Positions 30,167 through 38,881 of a stretch of 64,000 bases of DNA are shown here, one piece after another (position 1 is the first letter of the stretch; each line of letters starts with the position of its first letter). The stretch lies in NCBI GenBank assembly GCA_963697295.1, contig CAVONL010000012.1:46661-110660 (forward strand). Reading direction: 5' to 3'. Origin of the DNA: an uncultured Planctomycetaceae bacterium. Its GTDB lineage: Bacteria; Planctomycetota; Planctomycetia; Pirellulales; Pirellulaceae. The notes under the pieces were generated by a model, which saw nothing but the letters and a program-made list of their open reading frames with translations, had not been told where the DNA came from and ran no database searches. Position numbers and translations under genes: made by a program.

Positions 30167-30815
30167 GGAGAGTACGTTGGAGTTTGTTGGCCCTCGCTAT
30201 CGGCGCCGCATCAAACCTGCCGTGTGCAAGAAAATTCTCAACCAGTTTCGCCGTCTGTGGATACCAGGTCAGAATTCCGTGATGTCCCTCAACGGTCGCA
30301 AAGTCCTGGTACCCTCCCAGACGGACTTTGCCGGGTGCGATCACCCGGTCTTTACTCGCCTCGACGATCCCGAATTCGATTTCGTTTTCCGCAAACGGGT
30401 TCGGAAGATTATTTACGTAGCTGTCAGGCTCGTCCGAAAGCTGTTCGAGGCTCGGAGAAAGCCACCCAAGAAATGGCGTAAGTTTGCGGGCAACGTGTGA
30501 TCCTCGATGGGGAGGTGCCAACATGACGACGCGGCCGAGACGCTCGAGTTGACGATTTGCAAAAGCGCTGCGGGCGATGATGCCACCCATGCTATGTGTG
30601 ACGACATGAAACCGATGGTTACGCAGTTCTCTGTCTAATGCTGTCAATTCGTCAGACAATCGTTCGGCATGAGTCTCAATGCTGTTCCCGAAGCTGCGAT
30701 AGCTCCAGTTACGAATGGTATAGCCGCGCCGTCGCAGCCGCTTTGCAATGGGCCTCATGTCCAGCCGGCTGCCACACAGGCCGTGAATCAGAAACACTAT
30801 TTCAGACTCAGTCAT
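30156..30815 (-). CDS. Alpha/beta hydrolase (esterase/lipase-like)
   Basis: LIHGL, VTHSMGG nucleophile elbow, VVMLAPPHRGS. Confidence 0.88.
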   Translation of the reverse strand: MTESEIVFLIHGLCGSRLDMRPIAKRLRRRGYTIRNWSYRSFGNSIETHAERLSDELTALDRELRNHRFHVVTHSMGGIIARSAFANRQLERLGRVVMLAPPHRGSHVARKLTPFLGWLSPSLEQLSDEPDSYVNNLPNPFAENEIEFGIVEASKDRVIAPGKVRLGGYQDFATVEGHHGILTWYPQTAKLVENFLAHGRFDAAPIARANKLQRTLHVV

Positions 30816-30860
30816 CTTTACCTGTTACAACCTCGCTTGGACACGACAAATCATATGCTC

Positions 30861-31139
30861 CTAAGCTCTCGCCAGCTTTCTGAGCTGTGGACTTAAAAGT
30901 CGGACCAGCCAGCCCGGATTTGGGAACAGTTCCAACTGTCGGCCCGCGCCGATCTGAGCGTGCAGAGATTTGTCTGTAAATCTCAGAAAGCGAGCAATCA
31001 CCGTTGGGGCTGGAAGCCGAGTTCCGTTCAGCCTTCTGGCTGAACGGAAGTTGGCGAGTCTTAACACAATTTTTTCGTCGATAAAGTCAATGCAGACTTC
31101 TTGGCCGGACACAGTTGCGGTAACTGAACCGGCCAACAT
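30861..31139 (-). CDS. Small hypothetical protein
   Basis: ATG 31139 is translationally coupled (TAATG) to the upstream small gene. Confidence 0.55.
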   Translation of the reverse strand: MLAGSVTATVSGQEVCIDFIDEKIVLRLANFRSARRLNGTRLPAPTVIARFLRFTDKSLHAQIGAGRQLELFPNPGWLVRLLSPQLRKLARA

Positions 31140-31348
31140 TAGTTTGGGGCCGAGCCCTTCTCTTTCGTGCTGATCACGAGCCCGCCATTCAGAACCCACT
31201 CCGCGTGCTCCGCACCCGAGCCGGTTCCGCTAGGAATCTGAACGTGCATGTTGTCAAATTGATATCGGATCTCGGCGTTACTACCGGTCAGTCGATCGTA
31301 GAGTCCAATTGCCAAATCGGGCCAATTCTTGGTGTGTTCGTTGTTCAT
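31139..31348 (-). CDS. Small conserved hypothetical protein (WPDLAIGLYDRLTG family)
   Basis: 69 aa: NWPDLAIGLYDRLTGSNAEIRYQFDNM..VPSG-like..AEHAEW.LNG. Confidence 0.7.
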   Translation of the reverse strand: MNNEHTKNWPDLAIGLYDRLTGSNAEIRYQFDNMHVQIPSGTGSGAEHAEWVLNGGLVISTKEKGSAPN

Positions 31349-31488
31349 GGTTTGTCTTTCAGTTCGAGGAAATTGTCGTGTCACACTGACACCTTCGCCT
31401 GTTCAAACCGTCGAGAGTGGTGGGATGTAACCGGCGACGTACAACTAGCCAGCGAACTTGGGCGGTGCGGCTGGCAAACCGGTTGAAC

Positions 31489-32346
31489 TCAGAGAATCTC
31501 GGTTCTGTCCTGGACATCCCCCAGCAGCCGAAAGGGAGCCTTGAGATTGTCGCTCAAGCGAACACCGGTGGAAGTAAAATGCCCAAGAATGAGCGAGGCA
31601 TCGTCGTCCGTGAGGTTGCCGGTTGCCATGGCCCCGATTTGTTCGCGCAAGAAAGGAATGATCTCTCCCGGGTGTGGTTGTTCCATTTCATTCAGTAGCT
31701 TCAACACGCCGCAGATTCCCAAATATTGATCGTCAGAATTCACTGATTCAATGAATGCATCGGAGTACATCAAAAACATGTCCCCAGCCTCGGTCGTGAT
31801 CGTCCGCCCGGGATAATTGGAGTCCTCGTGAACTCCCAGCGGAAGGTTTTCCAGCCCCTCGTCAAGTTGAGTTGGATTCAGATGCACCCATTTTTGTTTT
31901 GAGGCGCGGTAATAAACCGGGTAAGGATGCCCCGCAACGCTGATGGCCAGACTTCTTCGGGGCTCGAAAAATGTCGCGACTACGGCCGTTGCGAATCCGC
32001 GTTCGTCGGACATTTGGCCGAATTCGCGGTTCATTTCTGCGACGAACTGTTCCTGACTGATTTTGTTGACATTTTTGCGCAGCATGTCCCGCAGTGAAAC
32101 GGCAATCGTAGAGACAGCGTCGCCGTGCCCGCTCACGTCGGCCAGGAGGAAGCGGGAGATTCGACCGGAAGCACATGAAGTGAGGTAGTAAATATCGCCT
32201 CCACCCGTCTGGCTGTCTTTGTAAGGAGCGCTATGCACGTAGATGTCAAGACCCGCCGCTTCAAAGTATTTGTTGATTGCGCGATTTCCACCCCAAATTT
32301 CCATGCATTGCATGCGTTCGGGTTTTTCACGTACTGAATTGACCAC
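31489..32346 (-). CDS. PP2C/SpoIIE-type protein-serine phosphatase
   Basis: MQCMEIWGGN, GGDIY, LADVSGHG, AGHP, YSDAF, DDAS. The ORF extension up to 32610 runs into repeat DNA and is probably not translated. Confidence 0.9.
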   Translation of the reverse strand: MVNSVREKPERMQCMEIWGGNRAINKYFEAAGLDIYVHSAPYKDSQTGGGDIYYLTSCASGRISRFLLADVSGHGDAVSTIAVSLRDMLRKNVNKISQEQFVAEMNREFGQMSDERGFATAVVATFFEPRRSLAISVAGHPYPVYYRASKQKWVHLNPTQLDEGLENLPLGVHEDSNYPGRTITTEAGDMFLMYSDAFIESVNSDDQYLGICGVLKLLNEMEQPHPGEIIPFLREQIGAMATGNLTDDDASLILGHFTSTGVRLSDNLKAPFRLLGDVQDRTEIL

Positions 32347-32535
32347 AAAGATTCCGTTTCTTGAATGATTGATATAAAGCCTGAAGCGATCGTTGACGCA
32401 CGTATACCGATCAGCAACCTGATTAACAACTGCTTGTCGAGACGTGTGGGCGTCGTGAGCAGGCCCTATTATAGCTGACGTCGTGCCAGCCGGGAAACTT
32501 GGAAAATTTTGCGGGGGACCGCCGAGCGACATCGA

Positions 32536-32964
32536 GTAGGTCCGTGGTCCCCACCGAGAACTGTGGCACAGACCTCCGGGCTGTGGGTTATGGGTTGTGC
32601 GATCGTTCACGTCTCGGAGATCCGTGCCACATTGAATAGCTCGGCAGTCCCCACCGAGAATTGTGGCACAGACCTCCGGGCTGTGGGTTATGGGTTGTGC
32701 GATTGTTCACGTCTCGGAGATCCGTGCCACATTGAATAGCTCGGCGGTCCCCACCGAGAATTGTGGCACAGACCTCCGGGCTGTGGGTTATGAGTTGTGC
32801 GATCGTTCACGTCTCGGAGATCCGTGCCACATTGAATAGCTCGAGGGTCCCCACCGAGAATTGTGGCACCGACCTCCGGGCTGTGAGTTGTGGGTTGTGA
32901 GTTGTGCGATTGTTCACGTCTCGGAGATCCGTGCCACATTGAGTAGCTCGGTGGTCCCCACCGA
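32536..32964. repeat. Tandem array of four 100-107 bp composite palindromic (REP/BIME-like) units
   Basis: CCACCGAGAA recurs at 32551, 32651, 32751 and 32851, and CCACCGA at 32958. Each unit is RTAG-CTCGGYGG-TCC-CCACCGAG plus the inverted pair TGTGGCACAGACCTCCG / CGGAGATCCGTGCCACA. Confidence 0.95.
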
Positions 32965-33022
32965 AGACCTACCGCAGAAACCCTTGTTCCTTGTCTAGAT
33001 CTCAGTGGTTCCTACCGAGCCT

Positions 33023-33505
33023 TCATTCCGTCAAGCTACGCAACATCCAAGCTGTTTTTTCGTGGATCTGCATTCTGCGAATGAGCAAGTCGGCCGTCGG
33101 TTCATCGTTCGCTTCTTGCACCAGCGGAAATACGTTTTTTGCCGTGTTTACCAGCGTGGCTTGATCAGCGATCAACGTGGCGATCATTTCCTCGGCTTTC
33201 GGACGTCCTTGCTCTTCCTGAATTTCGCTCAGCCGGGCAAATTCTGTGAACGAACCGGGTGCAGGAAATCCCAGTGCCCGGATGCGTTCGGCGATTTCGT
33301 CGATAGCCATTGCGAGTTCCGTGTACTGCTCCTCAAACATCGCGTGAAGTGTATGGAACAACGGACCTTTTACGTTCCAGTGATAATTTTGAGTTTTGAG
33401 ATAGAGCGTGTAAGTGTCGGCCAAAACGCGCGATAGGCCATCCGCAATGGACTTCTCTGCGGCGGAGAAATGAGTCGTCTTGTCAGCTAAAGTTGCAGTG
33501 GGCAT
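33023..33505 (-). CDS. dps: Dps/ferritin-like DNA protection protein
   Basis: LADTYTLYLKTQNYHWNVKG..F..LH..FEEQY..DEIAERIRALG..HEKTAWML. Confidence 0.95.
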   Translation of the reverse strand: MPTATLADKTTHFSAAEKSIADGLSRVLADTYTLYLKTQNYHWNVKGPLFHTLHAMFEEQYTELAMAIDEIAERIRALGFPAPGSFTEFARLSEIQEEQGRPKAEEMIATLIADQATLVNTAKNVFPLVQEANDEPTADLLIRRMQIHEKTAWMLRSLTE

Positions 33506-33594
33506 GTTTTCTACTTTCTTGTTGGGGAAATGCTTGCGAATCATCACAACCGAAAATTCTCTAACGAGGCAACTATCGCTATTGTGAGGGCGAT

Positions 33595-34449
33595 TCAAGA
33601 ACCGCCGTTACCGATTCCGGCCACGCGATCGCTAAGCTCGCACATCGAATCGCAATACTCGGAACCGGGACCCGTGTAGGATGCCGCTTGCCGGCCTCCA
33701 ATCAAAAATATGCCTCCGTGAGCTTGAACGACTTCTGCCAGCTTTTCGATTTCTCGATGGTGCAATCGACTGCGAATCGGGTTTGAAATGGCGAGCCACA
33801 CAACATTTGGATGCTCGTCCTCGACGGAATCGGTTAAGACGTCAATGGGCGTGTTCGGACCGAGATTGACTTCATCAAATCCGCTTTCATGTAGCACGAC
33901 GGAGGTCATCAAACTCGGTAACAAGAAGGGATCATCCTGCGGGGCAGCGCCGATCGCGGTTGGCGCCTCGTCCTGAATTTCCGGTAATAAAAGTCGTATC
34001 TGGCAAAGCGCACGCACGCAGAGCACGGTGGCACGGTGTTCGATGAATATACTACGTTTGTTTTGTGGCCAAGTTGCGCCGATCGAGGTCATGGCATGGT
34101 GAATTGGGCCATCGCAAATTTCGGCCACCGAGCGACCTTCGACGTACATGGCCTGCATAAGGCTGATGACGGCGTCGTAGCGACCTGCAGAGAGTGCGTC
34201 CAATAGCCGGTCAGAGTAGGAACTCGCGTTCGCCGAGTCCTCCAAAGCAACCATGCCAAGCAGATCCGGTCGAAGAATTTTGGCTTTTGATTCACGGGCA
34301 TAGCGAATGGCTTCCGCCATGGGGATTTTCCTGTGTCCACCTTTTGTACGCCGAATTTGGAGTTCTCCGGAATCAGCCAGCCGTCGGACCGAAGACTCGC
34401 TAATGCCGATGGCATCTGCAAACTCTGAAGTTGAAAGCACTCTTTGCAT
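33595..34449 (-). CDS. CarH/LitR-like regulator: excisionase/MerR-type HTH + four-helix cap + cobalamin-binding Rossmann domain lacking the axial His
   Basis: LSTSEFADAIGISESSVRRLADSG..RTKGGHRKI; W-x9-EH (WPQNKRSIFIEH); NLGPNTP; IGG. The expected ExH position reads DPF. Confidence 0.85.
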   Translation of the reverse strand: MQRVLSTSEFADAIGISESSVRRLADSGELQIRRTKGGHRKIPMAEAIRYARESKAKILRPDLLGMVALEDSANASSYSDRLLDALSAGRYDAVISLMQAMYVEGRSVAEICDGPIHHAMTSIGATWPQNKRSIFIEHRATVLCVRALCQIRLLLPEIQDEAPTAIGAAPQDDPFLLPSLMTSVVLHESGFDEVNLGPNTPIDVLTDSVEDEHPNVVWLAISNPIRSRLHHREIEKLAEVVQAHGGIFLIGGRQAASYTGPGSEYCDSMCELSDRVAGIGNGGS

Positions 34450-34461
34450 AGAAAGACCGAC

Positions 34462-34641
34462 TGGTTGTTTTGGAAGATTTTTGATTGCTGAGGGACCGTT
34501 TTGGTTGTTTTGGCTCATCCAGCACAACGATTCAATGGAAATCCGCAAGATTCGAAAATCATTCCATTTGATTGAAGTTAATGGTGAAAATACTACCACG
34601 GTTGAGTCAAACATGTGAGAGGTTTGGAGAGAATTTCTCTC
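34462..34641. promoter_or_regulatory. Candidate operator elements in the divergent regulator/rhodopsin promoter
   Basis: Exact 12-bp direct repeat TGGTTGTTTTGG (34462, 34502), further TTTTGR copies, and palindromes TTGA-G-TCAA (34602-34610) and GAGAGAA-T-TTCTCTC (34627-34641). Confidence 0.4.
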
Positions 34642-34701
34642 GTAGAGCCTCGCCTGTTGAGTTTAAAGTTTTGTCAAAAGCAATAGTCGAAAGGGTTACT
34701 C

Positions 34702-35556
34702 ATGTTTGATTCAGTGTCAATTTTGGCTGCAATGCCGGACTTGTCAGTCTTCCAATATAGTTTGGTCGACAACGTCTTTTCCATGACCGTGGCCACCATG
34801 GGTGCCGCGGCTCTGTTTTTTTTCATGTCTCGTTCGAGCGTCGGCGCAGCCTATCGTCCGGCGCTGATGGTTTCGGGAATCGTGGTGGCGATCGCTTGCT
34901 ACCACTACTTCATGATCCGTCACAGTTGGCAGGACGCTTTTACGCTCGGCGATTCCGGTTACTCCGCGAGCGGTGCCGCGTTCAATGACTTTTACCGCTA
35001 TGCGGACTGGATCCTGACGGTGCCCTTGCTGCTGGTTGAATTGGTCGTGGTGATGCGGCTGGCAAAAGAAAAAGCCGGACCGATGCTTACAAAGTTGGTA
35101 ATCGCCGCAGCGGCCATGATCGCTCTTGGTTATCCGGGCGAGGTGATTTCTTCGCCGGAAGGTCAGACCATGCGATTGGTGTGGGGCGGGCTGTCCTGCA
35201 TACCTTTCTTTTACATCTTGTACGTGCTGTGGGTCGAATTGACGAAATCACTGGACACGCAACCCGAAGGTGCTCGTGGGCTCATTAAATTTGCCCGGGC
35301 GGTCATTCTAATTACGTGGCTCGTGTACCCGATTGCCTATGGTCTGGGTAGCACAACGTCAGCTCTTGAGGCTGCCTCTGGCGGCACCGCCGGCGCAGGT
35401 GGAATCGTCGGTCTTCAAATCGGATACGCGATTGCCGACATGACCGCCAAAGCCGGCTTTGGAGTCTTGATCTACTTCATCGCTCGAGCGAAAACCCAGG
35501 ACGATGCTGACCGGGGTATTTCACCTGACGCAGTTGCCATGCCGGTAACCGCTTAA
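34702..35556 (+). CDS. Microbial rhodopsin, xanthorhodopsin/Gloeobacter rhodopsin clade, DTE proton pump
   Basis: FNDFYRYADWILTVPLLLVEL (DTE, Leu at the spectral-tuning site), helix B YHY His, LGYPGE, helix E WGGLSCIPF, helix G IADMTAKAGFG with the Schiff-base Lys. Confidence 0.96.
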   Translation: MFDSVSILAAMPDLSVFQYSLVDNVFSMTVATMGAAALFFFMSRSSVGAAYRPALMVSGIVVAIACYHYFMIRHSWQDAFTLGDSGYSASGAAFNDFYRYADWILTVPLLLVELVVVMRLAKEKAGPMLTKLVIAAAAMIALGYPGEVISSPEGQTMRLVWGGLSCIPFFYILYVLWVELTKSLDTQPEGARGLIKFARAVILITWLVYPIAYGLGSTTSALEAASGGTAGAGGIVGLQIGYAIADMTAKAGFGVLIYFIARAKTQDDADRGISPDAVAMPVTA

Positions 35557-35592
35557 TCGCACTGTAGTAATCATCCAACTAACAGGTTTCAG

Positions 35593-35636
35593 GGTTTGTC
35601 ATCCGCTTGAACTCCAAATTCGAGCGGCTGGCAACC
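35593..35636 (+). other. Long intercistronic stem-loop after the rhodopsin gene, no U-tract
   Basis: TTGTCA-T-CCGCTTGAA / loop CTCCAAA / TTCGAGCGG-C-TGGCAA pairs, including G-U pairs. Confidence 0.6.
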
Positions 35637-35712
35637 TCCTGGTGCTGACGACTCCCGTTGTTGCTTCCTGCGGTTCGTTTTCAAGGCATGACTAACCAGA
35701 TTGGGAAATCCC

Positions 35713-36696
35713 ATGCATTCAATTTTAGTGACCAATTCGATTGTGTTGCTGCTGATGCTTGAATGTGCTGGACTTGGTCTTTCGGGTCTGTCGTTTGGCA
35801 GCTTGGCGGTTGGGGTGGCAATTGCCGTCGCATTGATTGGAGTTCCGCATGGCGGACTTGATCACGTGGTCGGACGCGATCTAATCGGCTATCGTAGCTT
35901 GAGCGGCACGCTCGCTTTCCTCTTGATGTACATGATGGTGTCGGCGACGGTTGTCGCAGGCTGGTATCTTTTGCCGCGGTTGACGATTTTGGTCTTTTTC
36001 TGCCTGTCGGCCTGGCACTTTGGTCTTGAAGAAGACGACCGCAAGCACCACAGCGCCCTGCAATGGGCGGGATTGATCGCTCGCGGTGGGATGGTCATTT
36101 GGGTGCCGGCGATGTTTCAGGGGCCCGAAGTCGCAGCTTTACTGAATCTGGTTTTGCCGCAAGCTGATTTGAATTTGGCCAATCACGTAGTCGGCATCAT
36201 TCAGGTAGTAGGTCCGCTGTTAATTGTTTTGACCGTCGTTGATTTGTTCGGCTTTGAACTTTGGACGTCGGGAGAACAGCATCAAGCAACAGCCGACCGA
36301 GCTGCGACGTGGCAGCATCGCCTGCGCGTTATTTCATTTTTCGCATTATTTGCCGTGGCCAATCCAATCTTGTCGTTTGGAATCTACTTTTGCGGGTGGC
36401 ACTCCATTCGAGGGCTGATTCACTTGCATGATCAAGTTGGCGGCTCTGCAAGAAGTTTGGGCCTGCAACTGCTGCCGATTTCAATTGCCGCAATAGTCTT
36501 GTTTGCCGGGGGATTTTACTTTTGGTCCACCATTGACGACGTGACACCGGCTGTTGTGCGGACCATTTTCATCGGTCTCAGCGCGGTTGCCGTACCCCAT
36601 CTGTTACTGCATGTCATCAGCGATCTGAGCAGGTCGGCGGGTGACGATTCGAGGTCGCAACTGGTTCACCGCACGTCGCCGGGAGTTGCACCATGA
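35713..36696 (+). CDS. blh: Brp/Blh beta-carotene 15,15'-dioxygenase
   Basis: Four conserved His motifs GVPHGGLD, SAWHFG, YFCGWHS, AVPHL; directly follows the rhodopsin gene. Confidence 0.93.
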   Translation: MHSILVTNSIVLLLMLECAGLGLSGLSFGSLAVGVAIAVALIGVPHGGLDHVVGRDLIGYRSLSGTLAFLLMYMMVSATVVAGWYLLPRLTILVFFCLSAWHFGLEEDDRKHHSALQWAGLIARGGMVIWVPAMFQGPEVAALLNLVLPQADLNLANHVVGIIQVVGPLLIVLTVVDLFGFELWTSGEQHQATADRAATWQHRLRVISFFALFAVANPILSFGIYFCGWHSIRGLIHLHDQVGGSARSLGLQLLPISIAAIVLFAGGFYFWSTIDDVTPAVVRTIFIGLSAVAVPHLLLHVISDLSRSAGDDSRSQLVHRTSPGVAP

Positions 36697-37910
36697 ATTC
36701 AACTCAGAACAAATCGTTCAATTACATCATTGTTGGAGGTGGTTTGCAGGCGGCGTTAATCGTCAAGGCGCTCCGCCACTATCAATCGACTGCCTCGATC
36801 TTGCTGATCGAAAAAGCAGAAATGCTGTGCGGAAACCATACCTGGTCGTTCCACGCCAGCGATGTTCCAAACTCCGCGAGTTGTTGGGTTGGAGGTTTAC
36901 CGATTAAGTCATGGGAGGGCTACACCGTAGAATTTCCCGGGTTGAAACGGCGCGTCGGGTTGAAATATTGCTCCCTGCAGTCGGCGGATGTGCGTCAGGC
37001 CATTAGCAACATGGCTGGCGATGAGGATGAAAACGAAAGCTTGGTTAACGGACACTCGCTCGAGCTATTGACTGGAACATCCGCTACCAAGGTCGATTCA
37101 ACGTCGGTGGAAACGGCAGATGGTCAATTATTCAACGCTGAATTGGTCATCGACTGCCGGGGCCTCACACGAGATCAGATGGCCGAGGACGTGCGCTGTG
37201 GATATCAAAAATTTCACGGGTTTGAAATCCAGTTGTCACAGGAGTGGGCGAGCCGAGATCCGGTCTTGATGGATGCTCGAATAAGTCAAGCCGACGGGTT
37301 TCGATTTTTGTATGTGCTGCCGTTGAACAATCGCCGCGTCCTGATTGAAGACACCTGCTTTTCCGATAATCCGCGATTGCAGCGGGCAGATTGCCTCAGG
37401 TCAATGAAGCGTTATCTCGAGGATCGCTCCGTGAGCAGTTTCGAAATCGTTCGCGAAGAGCAAGGTTGTTTGCCGATGCCCTACTCGAAGAACTTCCAGC
37501 CGCAACTCGCTGATCCGTTGCGGGGTGGCTATGCCGGTGGTTGGTTCCACGCAGCTACAGGATATTCATTTCCGCTGGCCGTTCGATTCGCTGACGCGGT
37601 GGCCTCAATCCCCCCTCATGAGGCCCCCCAGCGAATCTTACGGCTGGCGAGACAAAACCAGTTTCAGGCTCGATTTGCCAGGTTTCTTAATCGATTGCTG
37701 TTCCGAGCTGTGAAAGCGGATCAGCGTTGGCAGATCTTTCGGCGGTTTTACCGCGCGATGCCGGACCCTGCGATTGAGCGATTTTACGCACACCAATTCA
37801 CCCGACTGGATGCGGCGCGGATGATCATCGGCGCACCGCCTCGAGGTCTGACGCCCGTACGATTTTTTAACTCTTTTGAGGCCTCCCCATGTCTAGCTAC
37901 ACAATCATAG
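36693..37910 (+). CDS. crtY: Lycopene beta-cyclase
   Basis: GNHTWSFH, GYQKFHG, LMDA..Q.DGFRFLYVLP, LIEDT, REEQGCLP, GWFHAATGYSFP. Confidence 0.93.
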   Translation: MNSTQNKSFNYIIVGGGLQAALIVKALRHYQSTASILLIEKAEMLCGNHTWSFHASDVPNSASCWVGGLPIKSWEGYTVEFPGLKRRVGLKYCSLQSADVRQAISNMAGDEDENESLVNGHSLELLTGTSATKVDSTSVETADGQLFNAELVIDCRGLTRDQMAEDVRCGYQKFHGFEIQLSQEWASRDPVLMDARISQADGFRFLYVLPLNNRRVLIEDTCFSDNPRLQRADCLRSMKRYLEDRSVSSFEIVREEQGCLPMPYSKNFQPQLADPLRGGYAGGWFHAATGYSFPLAVRFADAVASIPPHEAPQRILRLARQNQFQARFARFLNRLLFRAVKADQRWQIFRRFYRAMPDPAIERFYAHQFTRLDAARMIIGAPPRGLTPVRFFNSFEASPCLATQS

Positions 37911-38881
37911 GCCCGCAGGCGGCGAAAGCTGCCGAAAGCTTGCCCGACGAGCGTGCGAACGCGGCAGCACCTGACTGGCTTTGGGAACTGGGATTACTTG
38001 GCCCCCTGAGCGGGTTTCTCAAGCGTGATGGAAAGCGAATTCGCGGCGAGTTGATTGAACTGTCATTTTGCTTGACGGGCGGCAACGGTGAAGTTCCATC
38101 TCAGCTCGTCGAGTTCATCGAGCTAATGCATGCCGGTTCCCTGATTATCGACGACATCGAGGACGATTCCGAATTTCGGCGTGGACGTCCCTCCTTGCAT
38201 CGCGCTGTCGGCGTTCCGATCGCCTTGAACACAGGTAATTGGATGTATTTCTCGGCCTTGGAAAAGTTGGCAAGTTTGCCATTCGCAATGGCAAATGGGT
38301 CGCAGATCATCGGGCAAACAATTTCGACCCTTCGTCGCTGCCATGAGGGCCAAGCCATCAATTTGGCGGCCAAGGTCAATGAACTTCAGCAGGCAGAAGT
38401 CCTGCCGACCGCCAGCACCATTGCACGGCTGAAGACGGGCGGGCTCACAGCGCTTGCTGCCCGGTTGGGTGCTGCCGTCGCCGGTGCCACAGTCTCCGAG
38501 TGCGAAGTTCTCGAAAACTTTGGGATGCAACTGGGGATCGGATTGCAGATGCAGAACGATCTTACCGAACTGCAAAGTTGTCTGACGCCCGGAGGACGAA
38601 GTGATGATCTGCGCAACAAGCGCGTCACCTGGCCCTGGGCCTGGCTCAGCAAGTTCGCAACCCCTCAAGAATTCTGCCGCTTGCAAAAACTGCTTGCCGA
38701 CGACGCCGTCACCGATGAAAAAGTCGCCGGATGTTTGCTGAAAGCCGTTTCTGAATTCGCCCCAGTGGCTGTCGGCAGGCAATTGAGAAAAGCGACTGCG
38801 GTGCTCGAGCAAGAGTTTGAAGCGGGATCAATGGACGCCATCAACCGAATCATTAACAGGTTGGAGAACCGGTATGTCTAA
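37889..38881 (+). CDS. crtE: Geranylgeranyl diphosphate synthase (polyprenyl synthetase)
   Basis: GKRIR, ELMHAGSLIIDDIED..RRG, EGQA, KTG; second Asp-rich motif degenerate (QMQNDLTE). Confidence 0.82.
   Translation: MSSYTIIGPQAAKAAESLPDERANAAAPDWLWELGLLGPLSGFLKRDGKRIRGELIELSFCLTGGNGEVPSQLVEFIELMHAGSLIIDDIEDDSEFRRGRPSLHRAVGVPIALNTGNWMYFSALEKLASLPFAMANGSQIIGQTISTLRRCHEGQAINLAAKVNELQQAEVLPTASTIARLKTGGLTALAARLGAAVAGATVSECEVLENFGMQLGIGLQMQNDLTELQSCLTPGGRSDDLRNKRVTWPWAWLSKFATPQEFCRLQKLLADDAVTDEKVAGCLLKAVSEFAPVAVGRQLRKATAVLEQEFEAGSMDAINRIINRLENRYV

Noticed and set aside
32347-32939. ORFs in the repeat and the N-terminal extension of the PP2C ORF (to 32610)
   Set aside because: They are translations of repeat or intergenic DNA; family similarity starts near MQCMEIWGGN.
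32536-32964. CRISPR array
   Set aside because: The sequences between the palindromes are near-identical rather than unique spacers, the period is 100 bp, and no cas genes are present.
33595-34449. Prophage excisionase or mobile element
   Set aside because: The excisionase-like HTH is fused to a cobalamin-binding-type domain, and no integrase, att site or phage gene is in the window.
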